Part shown: piece by piece, positions 38,323-46,680 of the stretch
Numbering within the stretch: the first letter of the stretch is position 1
Layout: every line of letters begins with the position of its first letter
Source: Pseudomonadota bacterium
Lineage (GTDB): Bacteria; Pseudomonadota; Gammaproteobacteria; Steroidobacterales; Steroidobacteraceae
DNA length: 64,000 nt
NCBI GenBank assembly: GCA_963205255.1
Contig: CAUJIK010000047.1
Location: 1,871 to 65,870, forward strand
Direction: 5' to 3'
Program-made: the position numbers and the translations under genes
The notes under the pieces: model-generated
What the model was told of the DNA's origin: nothing
Seen by the model: the letters and a program-made list of their open reading frames with translations, nothing else
Databases searched by the model: none

Positions 38323-39437
38323 AGATGCCTCAGGTGGTTGTCCCACGACAGCTCGCGCGAACCGGCCACCAGCAGGTGCTCGTCACTGCCCGGTCCGGCT
38401 TCGAGCATGGCGCCGTATCCGTCGCTGATGAGGAAGCGGGCCGTGCCCAGCGATGCGATGCCGCACCCATCCGCGCGCGCGGTGGCGCCGAGGCAGCGTC
38501 CATCGGCCGTGCTCCAGTAGGCGATGTGGCCGCCCACGGGACTGCTGGTGGCGACGATGCCGCGTTCGGTGTCGATGGCGATGGAGCCCAGATAGTTGCG
38601 TAATGAGCGCAGCACTTGCGGCGGGCCGGAGAACAGCTCCGGCGCCGCGCCGCGCCGATGCCGGCCCACCAGCGGTGGCTGTTGTGTCGCCGGACCTTCG
38701 TGCTGGCAGGCAAACCACACCGCTCCCGCGGCATCCACGACCAGATGCCGGATCGACAGCTGGAACAGCGCCGGCGGCAGCTCGACCTTCTCCAGCAGGC
38801 GCCCATCGGCGGCGTCCAGATACACCAGCGAAGGACGCATGGTGGTGAGGTTCAGCGAGGTCTTGCCGAAATCCGGGTGCGTGAGCAGGCCGCCATTGGC
38901 GACACACAGCGTGCGCCCGTCCGGCATCAACACCACTTCGTGCGGGCCGATGCCCGCCGTGTCGAACTCTGTCAGCCGCTGCCAGCCTGCGCCGGAGCGG
39001 GCGTCATACACGCCCAGAACGCCGCGGCCGGCCTCATAGTCGTTCTCCGTGGCATAGAGCCGCGTGGCGTCCAGCGAGAACACGCCGTGGCCGAAGTAGT
39101 GGCGCCCTTCGGGCAGTGGCAGCAGACCCTGCGGGGCGCCGTCGGTCAGGCTGAAAGCCTGCGCGAAGAAGCCTGGCTGGCGGCCGAAGGCCACGGCGCG
39201 TGAGCCTGCCGCATCGATGGCGAAGCTGTGGCCGCGATCCGGCAATGCCGCCACGGCGAGGTCGTGGCCGCGCTGATCGATCAAAGCGGCTTCGTAACGT
39301 CCGCCGAAGCGCCGTGCCGCAAGGAAGCGTGCGGGCGACGCGGCGGCGCATGCGTGCAGCCCGCGCGCACCGGCCACGCTCGCCATGCCCGCGCAGATCG
39401 CCAGAAAGGAGCGGCGCGATGTCAGGTCAGTCGCCAT
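38319..39437 (-). CDS. DUF1513 beta-propeller-like protein with a Tat signal
   Basis: The N-terminus MATDLTSRRSFLAICAGMASVAGA contains a twin-arginine motif. GHGVFSLDATRLYATENDYE and GIGPHEVVLMPDGRTLCVANGG resemble DUF1513 family members found next to imelysins. Confidence 0.75.
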   Translation of the reverse strand: MATDLTSRRSFLAICAGMASVAGARGLHACAAASPARFLAARRFGGRYEAALIDQRGHDLAVAALPDRGHSFAIDAAGSRAVAFGRQPGFFAQAFSLTDGAPQGLLPLPEGRHYFGHGVFSLDATRLYATENDYEAGRGVLGVYDARSGAGWQRLTEFDTAGIGPHEVVLMPDGRTLCVANGGLLTHPDFGKTSLNLTTMRPSLVYLDAADGRLLEKVELPPALFQLSIRHLVVDAAGAVWFACQHEGPATQQPPLVGRHRRGAAPELFSGPPQVLRSLRNYLGSIAIDTERGIVATSSPVGGHIAYWSTADGRCLGATARADGCGIASLGTARFLISDGYGAMLEAGPGSDEHLLVAGSRELSWDNHLRHL

Positions 39438-40542
39438 CGAGGGAATTGAAGCCGAGGTTCACGGCCAGCGCGGGCGCCAGATTTTCGTCCACGATGGAGC
39501 GGGCATTGGTGAGCAGCAGCTGGGCGTGTATCAGCAGATCACGCTGCGTGGCGTCGGCGAGGGCCTGGGACATGGGCAGGTCGAGTTGGTCGAAATCGGC
39601 GCGCAGGCGCCGCAGTTCGCCGCGCACGGAATCATCGATCCAGCGGTCGGATTCCGGCAGCGCGGCATCGAGCCCGCCCGCTGCGTAGAAGGCGGCCAGG
39701 GCGTCCACGCCCGCGGCGAGATAGCGTGTGGTGAGCGCGCTGCGCCACAGCGGCAGCAGCGCGCCGCGTGCCTGATCGGCGCTGGCGCCCAGCGCCGGCA
39801 CGAGCTTCTGGTCGCGCAGCACATGCAGTCCGGTGGACAGCGCCTTGAGCATCTCGGTGGCTACTTCATCGCGGCTGCGATAGATGCTGTTGTCCGCGGC
39901 CGGCCGCGAGAGTTCGCGGGCCGATGGCGCATTGCCGTTCCAGCCGGCGGCGATCTCGCGCGCCAGGCGCGCAAGGTTGGTCGCCACGGCGGCCGCCCAG
40001 GCGCAGCGGTAGCGGCCCGCTTCACCGCCCGCGATCGATTGCGCCGCGTCGTCGGCGTAGAGCGCGTATTCCAGTGCTGGCAGTCCCTGCACCGCTGCGC
40101 TCTGCTGCTGGAGCTGATCGGGAGCGAGCAGCGCCGGATCCGCGGCCGCCAGCAGCGCGCGCAACTGGCGCTGCATCACCGCGCGCGGATCGGGCCAGAA
40201 AAAGAAATGCTCCAGCCGGTTGGCCTCGGTGAGCGGACCGAAGCGCAGCAGCTCGACATGCGCCCAGGCCTCGGCAAGCTCGCCCAGCCGTCGCTCGACC
40301 AGCGCGCGGCGCGCGGCGTCGGCGGGCCGCGCGCAGTAACCTTGCACGGCCGTCTGCGTCTGCGTCGCGCTGGTCTGCAATGCGCGCGTGCGCGGCTGGA
40401 TGTATTCGCGCAGCAGCCTTGCGCCCAGGTCCGCCGGTATGGCGGCGGCGCCTGCGGTGACCCCGCCCGCCGGCGGCGCGCCGGCCGTGGCGGCGCAGCC
40501 GGTCAGCAGCGCGAGCAGGGTTGCAAGGGCGAAACGGGGCAT
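39427..40542 (-). CDS. Imelysin-like lipoprotein (peptidase M75 fold without the HxxE motif)
   Basis: ORF 39427..40743. I moved the start to ATG 40542, which gives the lipobox LLALLTGCAA. The family-typical C-terminus ...NLGFNSLDGD is present. There is no His at the position equivalent to HxxE (GLPALEYALY). Confidence 0.7.
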   Translation of the reverse strand: MPRFALATLLALLTGCAATAGAPPAGGVTAGAAAIPADLGARLLREYIQPRTRALQTSATQTQTAVQGYCARPADAARRALVERRLGELAEAWAHVELLRFGPLTEANRLEHFFFWPDPRAVMQRQLRALLAAADPALLAPDQLQQQSAAVQGLPALEYALYADDAAQSIAGGEAGRYRCAWAAAVATNLARLAREIAAGWNGNAPSARELSRPAADNSIYRSRDEVATEMLKALSTGLHVLRDQKLVPALGASADQARGALLPLWRSALTTRYLAAGVDALAAFYAAGGLDAALPESDRWIDDSVRGELRRLRADFDQLDLPMSQALADATQRDLLIHAQLLLTNARSIVDENLAPALAVNLGFNSLDGD

Positions 40543-42086
40543 CACAGTGACTCGATGAAGCGCAGCAGGTCGGCGCGCTGTGCCGGTGTCATGGCCACCA
40601 CGCGGCTGCGCGCGGCGCGCGCCTCGCCATCGTGCCACAGGATGGCCTCCAGCACGCTGCGCGCGCGCCCATCGTGCAGGAAGCTGCTGCGTTCGTTCAC
40701 CGTATGCGCAAGGCCAATGCCCCACAGCGGTGGCGTGCGCCATTCGCGGCCGTTCGCATTGCCCTCGGGACGGTTGTCGGCCAATCCATCGCCCATGTCG
40801 TGCAGCAGCAGGTCGGTGTAGGGCCAGATGAGCTGGAAACGCAGCTCCGGCAGCGCGGCGTCGCGGCGCGTGACGAATTTCGGCACATGGCAGGCCGTGC
40901 AGCGCGCTTCATGGAACAGCTGCTTGCCGGCGAGCACCTGCGGGTCGTCGATGTCGCGCCGCGCGGGCACGGCCAGGTGGTTGGAATAGAAGGTGACGAA
41001 GTCCATCAGGTCCTGCGGCACTTCCACGGGTCCGAACTGCGGCTGCGCGCCATGGGGCATGTCGAGACAGCGCTTCTGGCGGGGTGTGCACTCGCCCCAG
41101 TGGCCGGGATGCAGCGGAGTCGACAGGCCCATGTCGTCGGCGAAGGCGCGGGCGCTCTGCTGCTCCACAGTGGGCTGGCCGGCCTTCCATCCAAAGCGTC
41201 CCAGCGTCACCTCGCCGGTGTGTGCATCGCGCACGCGGCGCGCCTTGCCGCGCACACCGTCCGGATCGTCGCGCCGCTCGGCGTTGGCGAGGATGTCCGC
41301 TTCGTGCACCGATTCGAGCAGGCCCATGCCGATCATCCTGGGCGCGATGCGCGGCGAGATCATCACGTCCTTGCGCATCGGTCCGTAACCCAGATCGACG
41401 ATGCGGTAATGCGGTTTGCGCAGCCGCACCTGTTCGCCGCCGTTGAGATCCACGGTGATCTCTTCCCAGTCGATCCTCAGTCGCGCCTCGGCCGGCAGGC
41501 CGGTGACGGCAAAGTTCTGCATCTGCCCGCCGTAGGTGGGCTCGGGCAGCACCGAGAGTGATTTCTCGAGCTGCTCGCGTTCGGCGCGGTTCGTCGGCGG
41601 CACCGACAGGCGCAGGAACAGCGACACGGCTTCCTCGCCCGGATCGGGCACCACGCCGCCGCCATCCTTGATGTGGCATCCCTGGCAGGAGCGCGCATTG
41701 AACAGCGGACCGAGACCATCGGATGCCTGGGTAGAGGCGGGCGCAGCCACCCAGTCCTTGCGGAACAGCCCGTTGCCGACCTGGAAACGTTGCCGGCCCT
41801 CGAAGGGAAGATTCGCGGAGGGCTGCGAGAAGATGTCGCGGTTGATGAGCTTGTCACGCACCGTGGTCGCGCCGCCAGGCAATGCCTCGAAGCGTTCCGC
41901 GGTCGTGAACTGGTTCGCGAGGCGCGTGATCTCGCGCACCCGCGCAAGATCGGCCGCGCTCAGATCGCTGCGCTGCGCAGCCGTTTCGGCGGCCTGCGCG
42001 GCGCCGGCCGCTGCCGCCTGAACGACACCGGCGCACAGCAGGGCAGACAGCAGTGCGGTGGCGCGGTGTTTACTGGAACACGGCAT
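40542..42086 (-). CDS. Di-haem oxidoreductase / cytochrome-c-peroxidase-like protein (DUF1111 family)
   Basis: ORF 40542..42221, with the start at ATG 42086 giving a signal peptide. It has two haem-c motifs, CQGCH and CTACH. Confidence 0.8.
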   Translation of the reverse strand: MPCSSKHRATALLSALLCAGVVQAAAAGAAQAAETAAQRSDLSAADLARVREITRLANQFTTAERFEALPGGATTVRDKLINRDIFSQPSANLPFEGRQRFQVGNGLFRKDWVAAPASTQASDGLGPLFNARSCQGCHIKDGGGVVPDPGEEAVSLFLRLSVPPTNRAEREQLEKSLSVLPEPTYGGQMQNFAVTGLPAEARLRIDWEEITVDLNGGEQVRLRKPHYRIVDLGYGPMRKDVMISPRIAPRMIGMGLLESVHEADILANAERRDDPDGVRGKARRVRDAHTGEVTLGRFGWKAGQPTVEQQSARAFADDMGLSTPLHPGHWGECTPRQKRCLDMPHGAQPQFGPVEVPQDLMDFVTFYSNHLAVPARRDIDDPQVLAGKQLFHEARCTACHVPKFVTRRDAALPELRFQLIWPYTDLLLHDMGDGLADNRPEGNANGREWRTPPLWGIGLAHTVNERSSFLHDGRARSVLEAILWHDGEARAARSRVVAMTPAQRADLLRFIESL

Positions 42087-43356
42087 CTGGGTTGTCGAGG
42101 CTGTCCGAGCCCTCGATGGACACACTGCCCAGGGCCAGCGCCTGCACCACGCGCTCGGTGCTGCGGGTCTGGGCGATGAGGCTGTCGATGGCTGATTGCA
42201 CCAGTGCATTCCCTTCGACATTGCCCGCGCCGATCATCTGGTCGTAAGCCTCGGTGGTGCGGGCGCGCTCCCGGATGCGCTCCAGCGCGGCAACGCTGGC
42301 TTCGAGCCGGTTGCGCATTTCGCCATCGAGCGCCGCATCACGCGCGCGCACCAGATCGGACAGCGACGGGCCGCTGACCAGCGTGCCGTCGGTGCGCCGG
42401 TAGCTGCCCAGATAGACGTTCTGCATGCCGAGCTGGCCGTAGTAGTGCGAGTTGTGGGTGTTGTCGGAGAAGCAGTCGTGCTCTTCCTCCGGGTCGTGGA
42501 GGATCAGGCCCAGCTTCATGCGTTCGCCGGCCAGTTCGCCATAGGACAGCGAGCCGATGCCCGTGAGCATGGCGCCGAGCGCTGCCGTCTGGCCTTCCTG
42601 ATGCAGGCGCATACGTGCCGCGCCATCCTGGCGCCAGTTCGCGACCATTTCCTCAAGGTCGCTGATCAGCAGCGCGGTCGCGGCCTTCAGATAGTCGACG
42701 CGGCGCTGGCAATTGCCGCCAGTGCAGTTGGCGGGATCGAAATCAGTGGCTGGCCGGTCACCGGCTCCAGGCCCGGTTCCATTCAGGTCCTGGCCCCACA
42801 GCAGGAACTCGATGGCGTGATAACCCGTGGCCACGTTGGCCTCGATGCCGCCGATCTCGTGCAGGGATTCCGACAGCAGCTGGGTGGTGATGGCGCTGGC
42901 GTCGATCTCGCGGCCGCCGATGTGCAGCTTCGGGTTCGCGATCACATTGGCCGCGTACCAGGCGTTGGCATCGGATTCGCTGCCGTAGCTCGCGTCCACA
43001 TAGTCGATGAGCCCTTCATCCAGCGGCCAGGCGTTCACGCGTCCTTCCCAGTCATCGACGATGGGGTTGCCGAAGCGGAACACCTCGGTCTGCAGGTAAG
43101 GCACGCGCGCGGCAAGCCACGCCTTGCGGGCGGCGTCGAGGTGCGTGGCGTTCGGGGTCGCCACCAGGGTGTCCACCGCCTGCGCCAGCTCCCGGGCGCC
43201 CGCATTGGCGTCCTCGTAGGCGGCCAGGGCGATGTTGGCGTAGGTGTCCACGACATTGGCTTCGGCGCCCTGCGCAACCAGATGGGCAGCCGGGAACAGC
43301 GTCAACCACAGAGCTGCCGCGAGGCGGCGCTTTCTGCCAGAAGGGATTTCAATCAT
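42070..43356 (-). CDS. Imelysin-family protein (IrpA / iron-regulated protein A-like) with an HxxE motif
   Basis: Signal peptide, then TYANIALAAYEDA..., GYHAIEFLLWGQD (the HxxE motif) and RVDYL. Confidence 0.8.
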   Translation of the reverse strand: MIEIPSGRKRRLAAALWLTLFPAAHLVAQGAEANVVDTYANIALAAYEDANAGARELAQAVDTLVATPNATHLDAARKAWLAARVPYLQTEVFRFGNPIVDDWEGRVNAWPLDEGLIDYVDASYGSESDANAWYAANVIANPKLHIGGREIDASAITTQLLSESLHEIGGIEANVATGYHAIEFLLWGQDLNGTGPGAGDRPATDFDPANCTGGNCQRRVDYLKAATALLISDLEEMVANWRQDGAARMRLHQEGQTAALGAMLTGIGSLSYGELAGERMKLGLILHDPEEEHDCFSDNTHNSHYYGQLGMQNVYLGSYRRTDGTLVSGPSLSDLVRARDAALDGEMRNRLEASVAALERIRERARTTEAYDQMIGAGNVEGNALVQSAIDSLIAQTRSTERVVQALALGSVSIEGSDSLDNPDAVFQ

Positions 43357-43366
43357 GGGAGGGGGA

Positions 43367-43385
43367 GCAAATGAGAATGACTATC
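43367..43385. promoter_or_regulatory. Candidate Fur box in front of the imelysin operon
   Basis: GCAAATGAGAATGACTATC matches 13 of 19 positions of GATAATGATAATCATTATC. It lies 11-29 nt upstream of the imelysin ATG, in the 78-nt intergenic gap. It shares AATGAGAA with the box at 15117. Confidence 0.45.
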
Positions 43386-43434
43386 AAGAAGATACCGGAA
43401 CCTGGCCTTCCTGACCATGGGTGCGGGGCCTGCT

Positions 43435-44607
43435 TTACAGCGCGAGGGCGTCTCCCTGTGCCTCGGCCTCCATCAGGAGGCGCACGGCTTCGCGTTCGGT
43501 CTGGCTGAGGCCAGGATGCCAGACATCGAAGATCAGGACCACGCGCAGCTCACCGCTGGTATTGGCCGCTTCATGCTCGATGGTGTCGTCGAATACGAAG
43601 GCCTTGCCACGCTCCCAGAGGCGGGTTTGTGCCCCCACCCGGAACCAGCAGCCCTCGGGCACGATCAGCGGCAGATGGCACAGCAGGCGGGTATTGGAGA
43701 CCCCGGTGTGCGGCGGGATCAGGGTTCCCGGCGCCAGCATGGAGAACACGGCGTTGGGTGAGCAGCCGCCGATGCGCGGCTGCGGCAGGCGCGCCAGCAG
43801 TTCCATGGTATGCGGGCAGTGCCGGGCGTTGGCCTCGATGCGGCGGCCATACTGCCAGAGGTGGATGGCGGTCCAGTCGCGGTTGTTGTTGAGCCCGGCC
43901 CATTGCATCAGCGGCTCGTGGTCCGGATAGCGTATGTAAGGCACGAGTTCGGCCTTTTCGGCTGCCGCGACGGCGGCGAACTCGGCCGCGATGACGTCGG
44001 TCGCGGCTTCGAGTTCCCCAAGCCATGGAAACAGACTGCGGTCGTGGAACTCGTGCTCGACCAGGCCGGGAAAATGGAAATGGCTGGGCTCGCTGTGGAA
44101 GACGCGCGTTTTGCGTACCGCGTTGGTGCGGAACCGTGCGATGTGTTGTTGTTCTCCGGCGGTGGCACCCGCCGTGACGCCGGAGAGCACGTCGGCCAGC
44201 TGCTGGTCATGCGAATCGACATATGCCGCGCTCACCTGTTCCGCGCGAGCCAATGCCCGTTCCAGCGGCGGCGCCAGCGGGCCGCGTGGCTTCTGCGCCA
44301 GGGCGCGTCCGTAGGCCTCACCGGCTCCCGGGTGACCCATGCGTTCCAGCAACGAGGCCTTGCTCAGCAGCGCGGTAAAATCCAGTGGCGCCAGCGCCAG
44401 CGCCCGGTTCACCGCGGCCAGCGCATGCTCGACATCTCCCTGCGCGGCGCAGAGAGAGCCGAGCTTGAGCCAGCTCTGCATATCCGGCTGGACAGATATC
44501 GCGCGTTCCAGCAGTGCGCGAGCGCTGCGCAGGTCGCCGCGCGCTGCGGCGGCATCGGCCTGCTGTGCCAGCGCGGCGGCCGGCAGTGGCTCAGATGGTG
44601 TAGCCAT
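43435..44607 (-). CDS. TPR-repeat protein fused to an aspartyl/asparaginyl beta-hydroxylase (2OG/Fe(II) oxygenase) domain
   Basis: The N-terminus carries TPR-like repeats. The C-terminus reads LAPGTLIPPHTGVSNTRLLCHLPLIVP...FDDTIEHEAAN, which supplies the His ligands of the AspH/LpxO-type fold. There is no signal peptide. Confidence 0.8.
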   Translation of the reverse strand: MATPSEPLPAAALAQQADAAAARGDLRSARALLERAISVQPDMQSWLKLGSLCAAQGDVEHALAAVNRALALAPLDFTALLSKASLLERMGHPGAGEAYGRALAQKPRGPLAPPLERALARAEQVSAAYVDSHDQQLADVLSGVTAGATAGEQQHIARFRTNAVRKTRVFHSEPSHFHFPGLVEHEFHDRSLFPWLGELEAATDVIAAEFAAVAAAEKAELVPYIRYPDHEPLMQWAGLNNNRDWTAIHLWQYGRRIEANARHCPHTMELLARLPQPRIGGCSPNAVFSMLAPGTLIPPHTGVSNTRLLCHLPLIVPEGCWFRVGAQTRLWERGKAFVFDDTIEHEAANTSGELRVVLIFDVWHPGLSQTEREAVRLLMEAEAQGDALAL

Positions 44608-46603
44608 GACGCTCGATCCAGGGCTGAAGTGTGGGTATCACGGGCTCCAGCCAGGGGCGATAACGTTGCCAGCGGCCTTTCGCCCGCGTGTACAGCGGTT
44701 CTGTGACCTGCGCGTAGCTGGCGGTAGTGATCAGGCCGCGACCGGATGCCGTGCGCTGATGGTCCAGCACCTTGTCGGCCCATTCGAGGCCCAGCCAGTC
44801 GAACAGCGGGCGCAGTTCGGCATTGCTGTTCTCGACCATGCGCTCGTAGTGCACCGTGTGGCAGTCGAGGTTCATCATCTGCCGGCATTGCTCCCAGTAG
44901 CCGAAGCTCTGATCGTACAGCCAGGCGGCGCTGTCCAGTTCGAGGAAGCAGGACATTGCATTGTTGAGCCGGAAGTTGGTGATGTAGCAGCTCAGCAGCA
45001 CGTCCAGCGGATGGCGCAGCGCCAGCACGAAGCGCGCTTCGGGGAACAGGCGGTGGATGACGGGCACCCGGTTCAGGTGCAGCGGGGATTTGTCGATCAG
45101 CAGCGCATCCTCGCGCAGGTCGATCCAGCGCTGCGCCTCTTTGAAGTAGAGATCCCGGAAGCCGGCGATATCCGCGGCGGACAGCGTCGGCAGTGCGGCA
45201 ATGCCACCTAGCTCGCGCTCCACCACGGCGACCGGCGGGCGCTCTTCCAGCACCTGCACGCGCGCATGCCCCATCAGGATGGTGTCCAGCAGCGTCGTGC
45301 CCGAGCGCGGAAACCCGACCAGGAAAACCGGCGCGGCGCGACCGGTCGGCGGCGCTTCGCGTCGCCAGGAGGCATGCCACTGCGCAGTCACCAGTTCGCG
45401 ATTGCGCGTCAGCGTGGTGCGATATTCGCTGGCGCGCCGCAGGGGCTCGCTGGGATCCTGCTGCTGCAGGCGGTTCATCTGCGCAAACGCTTCGAAGGCC
45501 TGCCCGGCATGGCCGAGCCGGTCGTGGCACTGGCCGCGCAAGTGCGCGACCTGCACCGGCTCCAGATCCACGGGAACCTGATCCAGTTCGGCCAGCCCCT
45601 GTTCGAAGCGGCCCTCGCGCCGGCATTGCAGCGCAGCGAGGAAGTGCGTGACGCCGGCTCCGATGTCACCGGCGCGCGCGGCCTGCACCAGGGGCGCAAT
45701 GCCCTCAGGTTGGTTGCTGAGCTCCAGATGCAAAGCCAGCAGCACATAGGCTTCGTCCAGCGATGGGTTCAGCGTCAGCGCGTTGCGGAATGCTGTTTCT
45801 GCCCCATCCATCTGCCAGGCAAACTGTCGTTCGATGCCCAGACGGATCTGCAGGGTCGCATCCTGGGGCGCAAGCTGTGCCGCCTCTTCGAGCCACTGCA
45901 GTGCCTCCGTGTCACGTCCCTGTATCTTGGCGAGAGCCGCCAGCTGCACACGCGGCTTTTCGTCGCCCGGGAAATCTCTGGAATAAGTCTTCAATGCCGC
46001 CTCTGCTTCCGCGAGGCGGTTCAGCTGCACCAGTGTGGTTGCCTGGTTGAAACGCGCCGGCGCATTACGGGGCTGCAGCGCCACGGCCTTGTCCATGGCT
46101 GCAAGACCTGCATCGCTCTCACCGCTGGCGGCCAGCGCATTGCCGAGATTGTTCCAGCTCTCGAAGTCGCCGGGAGTCGTCGCGACAATGTCTCGGTAGG
46201 CTGCCGCTGCTGCTGCCGGTTCGCCGCCGTGCAGCAGCAGGTAAGCGCGCAGCCGCAGCAGTCGCCTCGAGGCATCGGTCCGGCACAGCGGTTCCGGGCA
46301 CGCGTCCAGCGCGCCTGCCATGTCGCCGCTGTCGGTGAGCGCGCGCACGAGGTTGCAGCGTACGGCGATGTCGTCGGGCTTGTGCTCGAGCGCGCTGTGG
46401 AAATGCCTGATCCCTGCCGCGAAATTGCCGGCTTGGCATTCCAGACTCCCCAACAGCGCGTGGAAGATTTCCGGTGCTTCGTTTCCTTTCAGTCCGGCCT
46501 GGGCCGCGGCACGAGCGCCTGCGGCGTCGCCACTGCGGGCGCAGGCCAGAGCGCGTTGGATCAGCCGCACAGTGGGTGCGGAGGGCGTCGGATTTGCGGC
46601 CAT
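44591..46603 (-). CDS. TPR-repeat protein fused to a PAPS-dependent sulfotransferase domain
   Basis: ORF 44591..46639. About 400 aa of TPR repeats are followed by FLVGFPRSGTTLLDTIL (5'-PSB loop) and LALRHPLDVLLS (3'-PB motif). I prefer the ATG at 46603 as the start because the ATG at 46639 sits in a terminator loop. The gene overlaps the hydroxylase gene by 17 nt. Confidence 0.8.
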   Translation of the reverse strand: MAANPTPSAPTVRLIQRALACARSGDAAGARAAAQAGLKGNEAPEIFHALLGSLECQAGNFAAGIRHFHSALEHKPDDIAVRCNLVRALTDSGDMAGALDACPEPLCRTDASRRLLRLRAYLLLHGGEPAAAAAAYRDIVATTPGDFESWNNLGNALAASGESDAGLAAMDKAVALQPRNAPARFNQATTLVQLNRLAEAEAALKTYSRDFPGDEKPRVQLAALAKIQGRDTEALQWLEEAAQLAPQDATLQIRLGIERQFAWQMDGAETAFRNALTLNPSLDEAYVLLALHLELSNQPEGIAPLVQAARAGDIGAGVTHFLAALQCRREGRFEQGLAELDQVPVDLEPVQVAHLRGQCHDRLGHAGQAFEAFAQMNRLQQQDPSEPLRRASEYRTTLTRNRELVTAQWHASWRREAPPTGRAAPVFLVGFPRSGTTLLDTILMGHARVQVLEERPPVAVVERELGGIAALPTLSAADIAGFRDLYFKEAQRWIDLREDALLIDKSPLHLNRVPVIHRLFPEARFVLALRHPLDVLLSCYITNFRLNNAMSCFLELDSAAWLYDQSFGYWEQCRQMMNLDCHTVHYERMVENSNAELRPLFDWLGLEWADKVLDHQRTASGRGLITTASYAQVTEPLYTRAKGRWQRYRPWLEPVIPTLQPWIERHGYTI

Positions 46604-46620
46604 GCCGGGATCGTAAGACA

Positions 46621-46655
46621 AAAAAAGGGTGGTGGGCATGGCCCACCACCCTTTT
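46621..46655 (-). terminator. Rho-independent terminator after the TonB-dependent receptor
   Basis: An 11-bp GC stem, GGGTGGTGGGC / GCCCACCACCC, with a short loop. A run of 7 U follows on the minus strand (the A-run at 46620-46626 on the plus strand). It begins about 25 nt after the receptor stop. Confidence 0.7.
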
Positions 46656-46680
46656 GACAGGCTGCTAAACCCGCGGGCGG

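Noticed and set aside
43357-43434. A small regulatory peptide or sRNA in the gap between the hydroxylase and imelysin genes
   Set aside because: The gap is only 78 nt and is occupied by the Fur-like box and presumably the promoter. It has no hairpin or ORF of its own.
46637-46639. ATG 46639 as the start of the TPR-sulfotransferase
   Set aside because: This ATG lies in the loop of the terminator hairpin of the upstream gene. The 12 extra residues (MPTTLFLSYDPG) add nothing recognisable, so I prefer ATG 46603.
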